This document shows, piece after piece, positions 9,108 to 19,367 of a stretch of 42,724 nt of DNA. Position 1 is the first letter of the stretch; each line of letters starts with the position of its first letter. The translations under genes were made by a program, and so were the position numbers. The notes beneath the pieces are model-generated. The model had not been told where the DNA came from and did no database searches. It saw nothing but the letters and a program-made list of their open reading frames with translations. This DNA is from an uncultured Dehalococcoidia bacterium (GTDB taxonomy: Bacteria; Chloroflexota; Dehalococcoidia; Lucifugimonadales; CAZSCD01), in the NCBI GenBank assembly GCA_964605345.1, contig CAZSCD010000012.1:1-42724 (forward strand), in the 5' to 3' direction.

Positions 9108-10082
9108 TCATGAAGTTAACGTACGTGCCTGATTCAATTCCTTTTCAATCCATTTATATGTATCTAGTAAACCTTCTTCTAAAGATATCTTAGGTTCCCA
9201 CTTCAAAATTTCCCTTATACGTGTGTTGTCACTATTGCGACCACGAACGCCCTGGGCTCCAGATAAATTGTGTGTCTTAATAAGAGATTTACCAGCTATA
9301 GCACAAACGATATCTACCAATTGGTTTATAGTTACTAACCTGTCACTTCCAAGATTTAGAGGTTCTCCATGGTCTGCTTGCATCATACGATGTATTCCTT
9401 CAGTACAATCATCCACATACATAAATGACCGGGTCTGTTGCCCATCACCCCATATTTCTATCTCATCTCCATCTTTTGCCAATGCCACTTTCCTACAAAT
9501 CGCCGCAGGTGCTTTTTCACGACCTCCATCGTAGGTGCCAAGCGGTCCATAAACATTATGAAATCGTGCTACTCTAGTTTCAAATCCGTAATCGGATGTG
9601 TAATACTTACACAGCCTCTCGGTAAATAATTTTTCCCAACCATAACCTTCGTCAGGTTCTGCTGGAAAAACATCATCTTCTTTAAGTGACGTAACATCAG
9701 TCAAATCCTGACGATACTGAGGATACACACAAGCAGAACTCGCAAAAAAGAAACGAGATACATCATTTTTACGACTTGATTCAAGCATGTGTGTGCTGAT
9801 CAAAACGTTATTTCTGGCTGCATCAGCATGGTGATAGTTAATATACCCAATCCCACCCATATCTGCAGCCAAATGAATTACTTCGTCAACACCGCGAGTT
9901 ACTAGCAAACAATTATCCCATTTACGCAAATCCAAAATCTCGAATTCGTTTGCGGGAGAGGATTGATATTCCGGATATTTGATATCTACTCCCCTAACCC
10001 AATAACCCAATGAAATTAAATATTTGACCATATGGTGCCCAATGAATCCCCCCGCACCCGTGACAAGGGCTCGTCTTTCCAT
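9108..10082 (-). CDS. GDP-mannose 3,5-epimerase homologue
   Basis: 324 aa. It resembles plant GME along its length: LAADMGGIGYI, RFFFASSACVYP, EGYGWEKL, RFHNVYGPLGTYDGGREKAPAAICRK, WGDGQQTRSF, GVRGRNSDN. Confidence 0.8.
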   Translation of the reverse strand: MERRALVTGAGGFIGHHMVKYLISLGYWVRGVDIKYPEYQSSPANEFEILDLRKWDNCLLVTRGVDEVIHLAADMGGIGYINYHHADAARNNVLISTHMLESSRKNDVSRFFFASSACVYPQYRQDLTDVTSLKEDDVFPAEPDEGYGWEKLFTERLCKYYTSDYGFETRVARFHNVYGPLGTYDGGREKAPAAICRKVALAKDGDEIEIWGDGQQTRSFMYVDDCTEGIHRMMQADHGEPLNLGSDRLVTINQLVDIVCAIAGKSLIKTHNLSGAQGVRGRNSDNTRIREILKWEPKISLEEGLLDTYKWIEKELNQARTLTS

Positions 10083-10093
10083 AAGAATGCTCC

Positions 10094-10885
10094 TTACGAT
10101 GATTTACTAACTCTAAATAATTCCATGGCAACTAAAAACATAAACTGTGGTGCATCTATAAAAATTCTTCTCCACACCCTTTTGGGTTCATGAATTAATC
10201 TCCACAACCATTCAAAGCCCAATCGACTCAACCACATAGGAGATCTATCCATTATACCCGCAGTGTACTTAAAAGCTGCCCCTACGCCAATTGCAACTGG
10301 AACTTCAAGTCTTTCCAGATGTTCAAATATCCATCTATCTTGTTTAGGCGTACCTAAAGCTACCCACAAAACATCAGGGTTCGCATGATTTATTTCACTA
10401 ACAAGTAATTTATCTTCTTCATCTGTAAGAGAACGAAATGGTGGGGAATGCGCACCAACTAACCTAATACCTGGAAACTCTTCTGTCAATTTTACAGTTA
10501 ACTGTTTGAGAGTTTCTTCTGTGTCACCATAAAGAAAATATTTGTATTCTTTTTTATCAGCATACTCACTAAATTTCCACATCAAACCTGGACCAGTATT
10601 TTCTTTTTTTATAGGATGACCCTTGAGTCTGGATGTTAAAGCTACAAGAATGCCATCAGGAGCCATCAAATCAACTGAATTAAGAATAGATTTGAATTCA
10701 GGATCCCTGTGGGCTTCCATAACACCATGCATGCCAGTATTAACAATCTGATGGCATTTTTTATTTTTGGATTCGATCCACTGAATCATTATCTCAATGA
10801 TTTCTGGTATATGAACAACATGTATTCTAGTACCTAAAACTTGAATACACGAAAGATTTCCTATATCGACTGCCATATCATACAT
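10094..10885 (-). CDS. WecB/TagA/CpsF-family glycosyltransferase (GT26)
   Basis: 263 aa. VALGTPKQDRW, GVGAAFKYTAG and PMWLSRLGFEWLWRLIHEPKR motifs. Confidence 0.85.
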   Translation of the reverse strand: MYDMAVDIGNLSCIQVLGTRIHVVHIPEIIEIMIQWIESKNKKCHQIVNTGMHGVMEAHRDPEFKSILNSVDLMAPDGILVALTSRLKGHPIKKENTGPGLMWKFSEYADKKEYKYFLYGDTEETLKQLTVKLTEEFPGIRLVGAHSPPFRSLTDEEDKLLVSEINHANPDVLWVALGTPKQDRWIFEHLERLEVPVAIGVGAAFKYTAGIMDRSPMWLSRLGFEWLWRLIHEPKRVWRRIFIDAPQFMFLVAMELFRVSKSS

Positions 10886-10919
10886 AAAACAGGTAATTTC
10901 AACTCTGTTATCTTAATCA

Positions 10920-11843
10920 TTAAATGGGCCCAATATAAGATTTCCAAGTCTTTTCAAAACCGTCAGTTAAGGAAGTTTGTGGACACCAATCTACAGTCGA
11001 CTGTAATTTCCCAATATTGGCCATAATAATTGATGGGGATAAATATATGCTTTCTTTTTTGTCTTGTATTTCAACATCCTTGTAATTAGATACTGACACA
11101 ATTGATTTTGCGATATCCAAAATAGAAACTTTACGACCAGATCCAATATTGAAAATCGAATTTTTAGCTTTGTCCGTTCCAAGGAGTTTTATGACTGCAT
11201 CCATGCAATCCTCTACATATAACATATCTCTCATAACAGAACCGTTTCTTAAGACTACAACTCGATCTTCAAACACCTGTCGTAATATCTGTGGAACTAT
11301 ATACATAGATTGCTGACCAGGTCCATATATATTGAAGAAACGAACAATTGTATATGGGACTTCCATTAATTTAGAACGAAATTCGGTTATCTGTTCCCCT
11401 ATAAATTTGCTTTGCGCATAAGTCGCAGAAACATCCATTACCGAATGTTCGTCTAATGGGATTTCTGAAGCCTGATATATGAGAGCCGTAGATGGAAAAA
11501 GAATCCGTTCTTTTATTTTCACATGATTGAGCAAATTAACTGTACCCAAAACGTTCACTTCATACGTTTCCAACGGATACTTTTCAGCATATCCACTATT
11601 TGTTATAGCAGCTAAATGAATCAAAAAGTCCGCCTCGTATACTTTGTTCAAATGCCTCAAATCAGCCCATTCAAATTCAACCCGCGGTATATGTTCAGTC
11701 GGTTGGTTACGATCTATAACCAATATACTAGCATTATACGCACTTAACTTTTTGAGCAAATTCAATCCAATAAAACCTGATGCACCAGTAACAATTATGC
11801 GGGCACCTTGCAAACGATTAGATAAATGTTCTAAATTAGTCAT
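10920..11843 (-). CDS. NAD-dependent sugar epimerase/dehydratase (extended SDR)
   Basis: 307 aa. VTGASGFIG, YAQSKFIGE and RFFNIYGPGQ motifs. Its ATG overlaps the upstream stop (ATGA). Confidence 0.8.
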   Translation of the reverse strand: MTNLEHLSNRLQGARIIVTGASGFIGLNLLKKLSAYNASILVIDRNQPTEHIPRVEFEWADLRHLNKVYEADFLIHLAAITNSGYAEKYPLETYEVNVLGTVNLLNHVKIKERILFPSTALIYQASEIPLDEHSVMDVSATYAQSKFIGEQITEFRSKLMEVPYTIVRFFNIYGPGQQSMYIVPQILRQVFEDRVVVLRNGSVMRDMLYVEDCMDAVIKLLGTDKAKNSIFNIGSGRKVSILDIAKSIVSVSNYKDVEIQDKKESIYLSPSIIMANIGKLQSTVDWCPQTSLTDGFEKTWKSYIGPI

Positions 11844-13093
11844 TCTAAGACCTCAATACGTGGTACGGGTATTATAAATTTACCTTTATATCCCAAAGTT
11901 CGGAAGTTTGAAATTATAGCTTCAGACATATTCCAAGAAAGTATCATGGCATAATCTGGCTGGTTTTCGAATACCTGATCTTCATGCACTACCGGAATAT
12001 GAACTCCTGGAACGTACGTCCCAACTTTAAGTTCGTTAACTTCGGCTAAGTATTCGACTAAATCAGAGGTCACCCCATAAAAATTTAGCAAGGTAGACGC
12101 TTTCATAGGAGCTCCTATCCCAACAACTCTTTTACCAGAAGCTTTAAGATTAACCAATAAGCTTAATAGGCTAATCTTATTATCTAAAAGAACCTTTTTC
12201 ATTTCCTTGAAAGCATTCCTTACATCAATCTGTCTTTCATTATCTAAAACCTCCAACACCTTAGATGAAGAATGTCCTATTGATTTTGTAGCATAAGTCA
12301 GTATGGATCCACCATAGAAATCTTTAATCTCAACATCCGAAATGTTCAAGCCATGCCTTTTAAACAGGTTAATCAAACTACTTAATGTGTAATATCTAAG
12401 ATGTTCGTGGTAAATAGTGTCAAACTCAAATTTACGCATTAATTCCATCAACCAATGAGATTGACTAATCAATATGGTATCTTCGTCCATTAATCCAACG
12501 ACTTCAGACAAAAAATCATTTATATTGTCAGTATGAGCAAGCACATTCATAGCAACAATCAACCGTACTTTGCTTCCTTCAGGTAAGCTATCTTCAATCT
12601 TCCTGGATATCCCAGGCCCAAAGAAATCAACTATAGTAGGAACACCTTTCTCTAATGCAGCCTGAGCAGGTTGAATTGCACCTTCTACTCCCAATACTGT
12701 CAACCCCAAGGACTGAAAAGACTTCAAAAAAGTACCATCGTTAGAACCTATGTCTACAACAACGTCTCCTTCATTCAAGCATAACTGATCAAAAATAGTA
12801 CGAGCCAGCAAGTCGTAATATTCTACTAACGATTTACTAGAGCCAGTAAGATACGTGTACTGCCCTCCGAATGTGTCTGATGTTGGAATAACATGTCCAA
12901 GTTGTACAAGAGAACATTCCAAACAATAGTACAAACACAATGGATAGAACATTTGAGGAATTTTCGCTACGTTGCTTGGAGAAAATTCGTTGCACAGAGG
13001 CTGATGACCAAGATCTAAAACAGGCTCTAGGCTATTAGAAGCACATGCTTGGCATTCGATTTCTTGTTTAATCAATTTGTAATCCATATCCAA
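11840..13093 (-). CDS. NDP-hexose C-methyltransferase-type enzyme (Zn-binding N-domain + class I SAM MTase + C-methyltransferase C-domain)
   Basis: 417 aa. CQACASNSLEPVLDLGHQPLCNEF N-terminus, VVDIGSNDG SAM motif, and YHEHLRYYT. The architecture resembles TylC3/Coq-type sugar C-MTases. Confidence 0.75.
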   Translation of the reverse strand: MDMDYKLIKQEIECQACASNSLEPVLDLGHQPLCNEFSPSNVAKIPQMFYPLCLYYCLECSLVQLGHVIPTSDTFGGQYTYLTGSSKSLVEYYDLLARTIFDQLCLNEGDVVVDIGSNDGTFLKSFQSLGLTVLGVEGAIQPAQAALEKGVPTIVDFFGPGISRKIEDSLPEGSKVRLIVAMNVLAHTDNINDFLSEVVGLMDEDTILISQSHWLMELMRKFEFDTIYHEHLRYYTLSSLINLFKRHGLNISDVEIKDFYGGSILTYATKSIGHSSSKVLEVLDNERQIDVRNAFKEMKKVLLDNKISLLSLLVNLKASGKRVVGIGAPMKASTLLNFYGVTSDLVEYLAEVNELKVGTYVPGVHIPVVHEDQVFENQPDYAMILSWNMSEAIISNFRTLGYKGKFIIPVPRIEVLE

Positions 13094-13172
13094 CTGTTAA
13101 ATACAGTACCACAACACAATTATGTTTCATAATTCACTTTAAACAAAGATTTGCTCAAATTTCCCAATAAAC

Positions 13173-13940
13173 CTAAGTTTTTATTGCTATCCTTGCACCC
13201 TCATCGATACGATTCAACAAAAGAGGGATTTTATTTGCCTCTATATATTCATCTGTGGCCTTACGAGAACCTTTCCACCATCCATAATCATCTATGATAA
13301 GTACTCCCTGTTTTGAGAGTCTTGGGAACAAATGAATTAATTCATGAGCTGTTGACTCATAGAAATCCGTGTCTAGTCTCAAAAGCGCGATATTCTCTGG
13401 CATAAACTTTGGAATTGTATCCTCTACCCTACCTTTGACAAAATCTATGTTCTGTTTAGGGTATTTTGTAGAAAGTACATTCTCCATGACTTCTTCCAAG
13501 GAAACATAATTCCACGAATTAACATCCCCTTCTATAGCCGACTCCCACCTCTTACGAGCCATTAGGCCGTCAAAGGCTTGAACATCTGCATCACTTGGTT
13601 CAGTCATTCCCTCATATGTGTCATATAACCATAACCGTCTCGTTGTTTCTTTCATATTAGCCAACGCAAGGGCAGCTATCATCGCACTCCCTCCTTTCCA
13701 TACACCACATTCAACTATATCTCCAGGTATATTATTTTCCACCAGATATTTTACGCTCGAGTACATTGCATACATATTAGATATAGCAGTCTGCGTAAAA
13801 GATCTGGTTTTGAAATAAATTTCCTTGAAATCTTGATCCATATCATACGGTATTTCAGTTCTATGGCGAATTTTCACAACCTGGTACCCTAAACTATTGA
13901 ACAAACTCTGAACGAGATACCGTGGCCTAATAATTATCAT
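13173..13940 (-). CDS. TylF/MycF-family (macrocin-type) sugar O-methyltransferase
   Basis: 255 aa. GDIVECGVWKGGS, LWLYDTYEGM and LRLDTDFYEST...IIDDYG motifs. Ends in TAG. Confidence 0.8.
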   Translation of the reverse strand: MIIIRPRYLVQSLFNSLGYQVVKIRHRTEIPYDMDQDFKEIYFKTRSFTQTAISNMYAMYSSVKYLVENNIPGDIVECGVWKGGSAMIAALALANMKETTRRLWLYDTYEGMTEPSDADVQAFDGLMARKRWESAIEGDVNSWNYVSLEEVMENVLSTKYPKQNIDFVKGRVEDTIPKFMPENIALLRLDTDFYESTAHELIHLFPRLSKQGVLIIDDYGWWKGSRKATDEYIEANKIPLLLNRIDEGARIAIKT

Positions 13941-14041
13941 GGTCTACTAATCTTTCTCCATAAGTAATATTAATGAATAGTATAGAATATTCAATGCAAT
14001 TTGATTTTTCAATCTATTAATTGACGTTCTATTTAAAGATA

Positions 14042-15898
14042 TTACCAAACTAACTTTTCGGGTAATCTGAATTTGAAATTAATGTTTCTACCATAATTCA
14101 CGCTGACAATATACAAATACAAAAGTATTGGGATGAGAAGTAATAAATCCACTCCAAAAAAAGCTCCAGTTGATTCTGGAATTGTTCTTAGCGACAAAAA
14201 CATCAACAAAGCGCACGCCTGTACCACAAGATGTCGATGAACTAGTGGTAAAGTATGGCGAACAATAAATACTTTTATCAATGCAATCCATCCTAATATT
14301 AAAGCCGTCACAAATGGAATTGTACCAACCAAACCAGTCTGCACCATTGCATGCAGTAATGAATTATGCATATGAGCATTAAGTTTCAAACGATCTGCAT
14401 GAAATCCATATCCTAAAATGGGGGACTCCCAAAATAACTTTAGCCCTTCTTGCCAAACCGAAGATCGACCGCTAAGAGGCACATAAAGATGTACCACAAT
14501 AGCAGAAACAGGTTCTTCTATTTCAGGTTCTTCTATGAGAAAGTTCCTTACAGTTTTAGATCCTTCTGTTTTAGATCCTTCTGTTTTAGATCCTTCTAAC
14601 AAAGTTGAGTCCTCAAGGTTTTCCAAATTAGGTAAATCAACATGAATCCACCATTCACCTTCAGAAATATCGATACTTGTTTCTCCTTTCTTAAAGGTGC
14701 CTTCATTAAGTGCAATTAGGAATGACGTATCATCACCACTTAAATTTGATTGGTCAGCTATGTTGCCTGACTCACTCATAACACGTATATTCCCATCTTC
14801 TGAAAGCTCAAAAATGATTTCTTCACCTGTTTCAGTTGAAACAAACACCCACTTGCCTAATTCAATTTCATTCCTGCCTTTTCCAGTTCCAAAGAAACCA
14901 TGTACTTTTTCTAACGCAAATGTAGCTGCGGTAACAGGAGCATTAATCGATAGGGAAGTATTTTCTACCTTTTCTTCTACTAGGCTTAACTCTCTAGAAG
15001 CTGGCCCATATAGCCAATCCGGCATCTCGCCTCTAAAAAGACAATCATCTAGCACTGAACGATGCATACCAGTGAACCAGATTATAGGTAACACAAAAAA
15101 CAAACCAAGTAAAATAGCTAGTGCGATTTTTTTACCTGCATAAAAAACTGCAAAAATAGGTAAAGCCGCACCAAAAGCAATGAGAGGTGTTCTAGAACCA
15201 GCATAAAATAACATTACAATCGCAGCAATAAATCCAAAGATGCCGAAGTACCTCCATTTTGGCACCCATATCTGACCTAAACATATCAATCCTGCGATAG
15301 CAGCATAACGGCCGACCGACGTACTTCTCAATAGCTGTCCAGAATCATCGAACCAAGTATGTTCATGACATTTAAACCAAACCGAAGGTTGTAAAATGAA
15401 AGCGTCAAAATCCAACTTTATTAACGCGAAAAGATACACTATGAATAAAGCCACAAGCATAATAGTCCAGTTAATCCTTAAAACAGTACTAATTCTATCT
15501 AATGGGTTTATATCCTGCATAATCAACAACAATACTAATGGAACTGACAGATACATGACCGACCAGTATAAAGACACAGACGCATCCGGTGACATAACTG
15601 ATGCAATGATTCCCGCCAAACCATACAAGGACATGAATCCTAACGGGCCAACAAGAATCCATTTATTCAATTTAATTCGTTGTGGATTGGTAAAGATAAT
15701 CAATACAACTAAAAATGAACACAAAATTGGGAAGGCACCCCGAACTCCTTGCAAAAACACGAATAGATCACGGAAATTGGTTAAATGAGAGAGTGGACCA
15801 GCATTCAAACTAAACCATAATCCAACCCACATCAAAAAAGGAATTAAAAATACTGCCATCGGGAAAAATCGGTGATTTTTTATGAGTATCCAGTTCAT
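14042..15898 (-). CDS. Wzy/O-antigen-ligase-like polytopic membrane protein with ~190-aa hydrophilic acidic insert
   Basis: 618 aa. Multiple transmembrane segments flank a soluble region (about residues 285-480). YAGSRTPLIAFG motif and C-terminal GYGFHADR...HNSLLHAMVQTG. Confidence 0.7.
   Translation of the reverse strand: MNWILIKNHRFFPMAVFLIPFLMWVGLWFSLNAGPLSHLTNFRDLFVFLQGVRGAFPILCSFLVVLIIFTNPQRIKLNKWILVGPLGFMSLYGLAGIIASVMSPDASVSLYWSVMYLSVPLVLLLIMQDINPLDRISTVLRINWTIMLVALFIVYLFALIKLDFDAFILQPSVWFKCHEHTWFDDSGQLLRSTSVGRYAAIAGLICLGQIWVPKWRYFGIFGFIAAIVMLFYAGSRTPLIAFGAALPIFAVFYAGKKIALAILLGLFFVLPIIWFTGMHRSVLDDCLFRGEMPDWLYGPASRELSLVEEKVENTSLSINAPVTAATFALEKVHGFFGTGKGRNEIELGKWVFVSTETGEEIIFELSEDGNIRVMSESGNIADQSNLSGDDTSFLIALNEGTFKKGETSIDISEGEWWIHVDLPNLENLEDSTLLEGSKTEGSKTEGSKTVRNFLIEEPEIEEPVSAIVVHLYVPLSGRSSVWQEGLKLFWESPILGYGFHADRLKLNAHMHNSLLHAMVQTGLVGTIPFVTALILGWIALIKVFIVRHTLPLVHRHLVVQACALLMFLSLRTIPESTGAFFGVDLLLLIPILLYLYIVSVNYGRNINFKFRLPEKLVW
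14509..14538 (-). repeat. 15-bp tandem repeat x2 (caggttcttctat..), in-frame, encoding IEEPEIEEP
   Basis: Read directly from the sequence, 14 nt from the EGSKT repeat. Confidence 0.85.
14553..14597 (-). repeat. perfect 15-bp tandem repeat x3 (gttttagatccttct), in-frame, encoding (EGSKT)x3
   Basis: Read directly from the sequence. It lies inside the hydrophilic insert of the 14042-15898 CDS. Confidence 0.95.
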
Positions 15899-15904
15899 GT
15901 TAAG

Positions 15905-17179
15905 TCATTCCTGTTCTTCAGGCTGAAGAACAGATTCATATATGTCTTTTAGTTGATCTCCCAAACGATCCCAATGATAAATTCGTTCGGCTCTATTTCT
16001 ACCAGCTTCTCCTAATCGTACACGTAACGGTTCATCTAAATACAATCGCTCCAGAGCTTTGGATATATCGCTAACAACGTGTCCAGAAGAATGAGTAGAT
16101 ATTTTAACACCACAATCATCATTAATATGCATACCAGGCCCACCAGTATCTAGACAAATCACAGGTTTACTCATCGCCATAGCTTCAATAACTACAGTTC
16201 CTCCACCGTCTCTCAAACTTGGAAACAGAAACACGTCACAAGTCGCCATTTCAGACAACAGTTCTAATCTCGGCATTGATTGTTTTAAGAAAACTTTGGA
16301 TGATATGTTCAAATCATGAATGGTTGCCTCTATTTGAGATTGTTCTGGCCCACTACCAATAATACTAAACTCTGATTCAGGGTATTTATTTGTGAATTCC
16401 TTGAAAGCTTTGAGAGCTATACCAAATCCCTTAACTCTAATTAAACTACCTGCAGACAAAACCTGAAATTTAGTATTCCTAGGCTTTGGTGAATTTGCTA
16501 AAGAAAGATCATGAGTAGATACTCCACTGACAGGGAAAAAATGCACCTTGTTCACCCAGCGACGTGGCATTTTTGAAATAGACTCTCGATTGCATACCAA
16601 AATAGCACCCGCACGAGATTGTCCTAATACAAACATAGGGTCATGTTTGAAAATCCATTGAGAAATACTTCTGATTTTTTCCCAAATCCGACCTTTCAAC
16701 ATATACTCTTTTTCTAACGATTTGGGAGTGCGATGAGCACCTCCTCCAGGGCCACGTACATATCTAATCGGCAATAAAGCTCCCATAAAACTGGTCATCC
16801 AATCATTTGCATACGTTATGTGATGAAATAAACCAAACCTTACTTGGTGATGCAATGCCCTGGACACAAAATATGCCTTTATCTGCCAAATATAGTAATA
16901 AAATTGATGCCCTCCCTGGAACCCTAAAAGAGGTTTCATCCAATTTGGCAATCCAACATAACAAAAATTAATATTAGTTACAGATTCTTTCTTAGTTATT
17001 TGTTCTATACTCTGACGTGCATCAGAGTTAGTTATAGCCCAAACTTCATGGAAACGAGCAATTTGCCTTAGTAAATTCCACCCTAAAGTGTCTTCTCCTC
17101 CTTTAAATCCATCTGTGCCTGGAGGACAACAAGTAAAAACACAAGCCAGTACACGTTCTCTAGACATCATTGCGTCCAA
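15905..17179 (-). CDS. glycosyltransferase, GT4 (GT-B) family
   Basis: 424 aa. FPSLRDGGGTVVIEAMAMSKPVICLDTGG, an EX7E-type C-terminal domain. Confidence 0.82.
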   Translation of the reverse strand: MDAMMSRERVLACVFTCCPPGTDGFKGGEDTLGWNLLRQIARFHEVWAITNSDARQSIEQITKKESVTNINFCYVGLPNWMKPLLGFQGGHQFYYYIWQIKAYFVSRALHHQVRFGLFHHITYANDWMTSFMGALLPIRYVRGPGGGAHRTPKSLEKEYMLKGRIWEKIRSISQWIFKHDPMFVLGQSRAGAILVCNRESISKMPRRWVNKVHFFPVSGVSTHDLSLANSPKPRNTKFQVLSAGSLIRVKGFGIALKAFKEFTNKYPESEFSIIGSGPEQSQIEATIHDLNISSKVFLKQSMPRLELLSEMATCDVFLFPSLRDGGGTVVIEAMAMSKPVICLDTGGPGMHINDDCGVKISTHSSGHVVSDISKALERLYLDEPLRVRLGEAGRNRAERIYHWDRLGDQLKDIYESVLQPEEQE

Positions 17180-18060
17180 AACAAATTTACAGAAGCTTCA
17201 TTCTTCAATAATTCACCGATAAAACTATCAACATCATCTTTTGGTAAATGCAATAATCCTTTATCTTCATCAATATAACTAATATTGAATCGCCATGAAG
17301 ATGGTTTAACTAAAAATTCACGCGGCGACACACCTGCATTTTGGAGCAATCCAGGATTAAATTCTATTATCACATTTCTAACATTACGGTTGTTCAATAA
17401 TTTGACTGCTCCATTCAATACATCTGTTTCAGCTCCTTCAACATCTACTTTAATCAAATCGATTTTGGTTAGGTTTTTCTCATTCACATAGTCGTCCAAT
17501 GAAATTGATTGGGTTAAAACGCTCCGGTTTTTTGGCAAACCATGATTATAAATACTGTATCTACCATTATCTAAAGATGTTAAGAAAAGTTCTGTTGAAC
17601 CGGTATCATTTGACACAACTTTGTTTACACATTCAACATTTTGATAGTTATTAAACTCAACATTTTGTGCCAACAAATTAAAGTTACTCGGTTCTGGTTC
17701 GAAAGCATGGACTTCTCCAGTATCTCCAATTTGCCTAGCAGCAAGTAAAGTGTAATATCCAACGTGTGCTCCTATATCAAACACTACCATTCCAGGTTTT
17801 ACGATACGTTCAAACAATTCTGTCGTTTGCTTTTCATAGTTATCTCTAACCATATTGGCGGGAGGAAACCTGCCTTGTGCAGCAAGTTTCATAACATGTC
17901 CTCGTACCATGATTTGCTGATTCCCATAAGAGAACATATCGAACATTAATCGACCTGTTAATGGACCTAAGTATTTACGCAAAGGCTTGATAAATCCAAG
18001 CGTACGAGCTATCCAACGTGCCATGGAATACAACTGATAAATAATTCGGTTGACAAACAT
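17167..18060 (-). CDS. FkbM-family SAM-dependent methyltransferase
   Basis: 297 aa. VFDIGAHVGYYTLLAA, HAFEP and IKVDVEGAE motifs. Confidence 0.82.
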   Translation of the reverse strand: MFVNRIIYQLYSMARWIARTLGFIKPLRKYLGPLTGRLMFDMFSYGNQQIMVRGHVMKLAAQGRFPPANMVRDNYEKQTTELFERIVKPGMVVFDIGAHVGYYTLLAARQIGDTGEVHAFEPEPSNFNLLAQNVEFNNYQNVECVNKVVSNDTGSTELFLTSLDNGRYSIYNHGLPKNRSVLTQSISLDDYVNEKNLTKIDLIKVDVEGAETDVLNGAVKLLNNRNVRNVIIEFNPGLLQNAGVSPREFLVKPSSWRFNISYIDEDKGLLHLPKDDVDSFIGELLKNEASVNLFWTQ

Positions 18061-18122
18061 TTAAATCAGCCTAATTAAACAAAATCTATACATCAAATCA
18101 TCGTATTTCATATGTGGTTCAT

Positions 18123-19367
18123 TTAAGTAAAGTGTCTACAAATTTTATTCACAGCCGACAAAACATCTTCTACATCTTGATCTGTCATAGTTGGGAATAA
18201 TGGCAATGTTATAAGTCTTTCATAATTACTTTCTGCAACAGGATATTCTCCTCCACGAAAACCAAATTTGGTTCTATAGTATGGATGAAGGTGAACTGGA
18301 ACATAATGAACATTGACATGTATATTTTCAGCGCGCAAAGCACGGAATATTGAAGTTCTTCCAACTTTAAATTTGGCAAGGTCAAATCTTAAAGGATAAA
18401 TGTGCCAAGCACTTCTGTTATCTACACGTTCTGTTGGAGTAATCAATCCTGTGATTTTAGAGATTTCTGAGTTGTATTTACTTACAATATCTCGTCTTCT
18501 TGATATGTTTTCAGGTAATCTCTTTAATTGCGACAATCCTAACGCACACGATATGTCAGAAAGGCGATAGTTAAAACCTAAATCATCCATTTCGTAGTAC
18601 CATTGTTTTTCTGCTTTATCAGGTTGGTTTTCGAAATTCCTATTAATGCCATGGTTTCTAAACTTTCTTAAACGATTCGCAAATTCTGGATTATCAGTAG
18701 TAACCATACCCCCTTCACCCGTAGTTATATGCTTAACTGGATGAAAACTGAACACCGTCATATGACTCAGTCCACCTATTCTTCTACTTTTATATTCAGA
18801 CCCAATGGCATGAGACGCATCTTCAATGACAGTTAGTTCAAATTCTTCTGCAAGTGCCATAATTGTATCTATCTCAGCTGGATGACCAGCATAATCTATG
18901 GGTATTATGGCTTTTGTACGTGAGGTGATTTTTTGATGGATATTTTTGGGGTCTATATTTAATGTGTCTTCAGAAACATCAGCAAAAACTGGTTTGGCAC
19001 CTACATACAATGCACTATTCGCAGTAGCACAAAATGTTAATGGAGTAGTTATAACTTCATCATCTGAACCTAATTTAGCGGCATACGCAGCTCCGTGTAG
19101 AGCAGCAGTTCCAGAGCTAAAAGAAACCGCATATTTAGCGCCAACATAGCGAGACGTTGCTTCTTCAAACTCTTCCACTTTTGGACCGGTGGTAATCCAA
19201 TCTGACCGAAGCACCTGGGTGACAGCTTCAATATCTTCATCATTCACATATTGAAGGCCATAGGGTAAACGAGTGGCACGTACCGGTATACCACCCTCAA
19301 GTGCAATTATTTCCTTGTCTGGGTCAATTATATCCAAAGCTCTGAAACGAACCTCCCTACTAACCAA
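18123..19367 (-). CDS. pseC: DegT/DnrJ/EryC1-family PLP aminotransferase, PseC-like (UDP-4-keto-6-deoxy-sugar 4-aminotransferase)
   Basis: 414 aa. LPYGLQYVNDEDIEAVTQVLRSDWITTGPKVEEFE and SFHPVKHITTGEGG (PLP Lys) motifs. TTG start with a ~35-aa N-terminal extension, so the true start is uncertain. Confidence 0.72.
   Translation of the reverse strand: MVSREVRFRALDIIDPDKEIIALEGGIPVRATRLPYGLQYVNDEDIEAVTQVLRSDWITTGPKVEEFEEATSRYVGAKYAVSFSSGTAALHGAAYAAKLGSDDEVITTPLTFCATANSALYVGAKPVFADVSEDTLNIDPKNIHQKITSRTKAIIPIDYAGHPAEIDTIMALAEEFELTVIEDASHAIGSEYKSRRIGGLSHMTVFSFHPVKHITTGEGGMVTTDNPEFANRLRKFRNHGINRNFENQPDKAEKQWYYEMDDLGFNYRLSDISCALGLSQLKRLPENISRRRDIVSKYNSEISKITGLITPTERVDNRSAWHIYPLRFDLAKFKVGRTSIFRALRAENIHVNVHYVPVHLHPYYRTKFGFRGGEYPVAESNYERLITLPLFPTMTDQDVEDVLSAVNKICRHFT

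Noticed and set aside
14509-14597. Tandem 15-bp repeats considered as a CRISPR array or non-coding minisatellite.
   Set aside because: There are no spacers and the units are directly adjacent. They lie in frame inside a long CDS and encode EGSKT and IEEPE peptide repeats.
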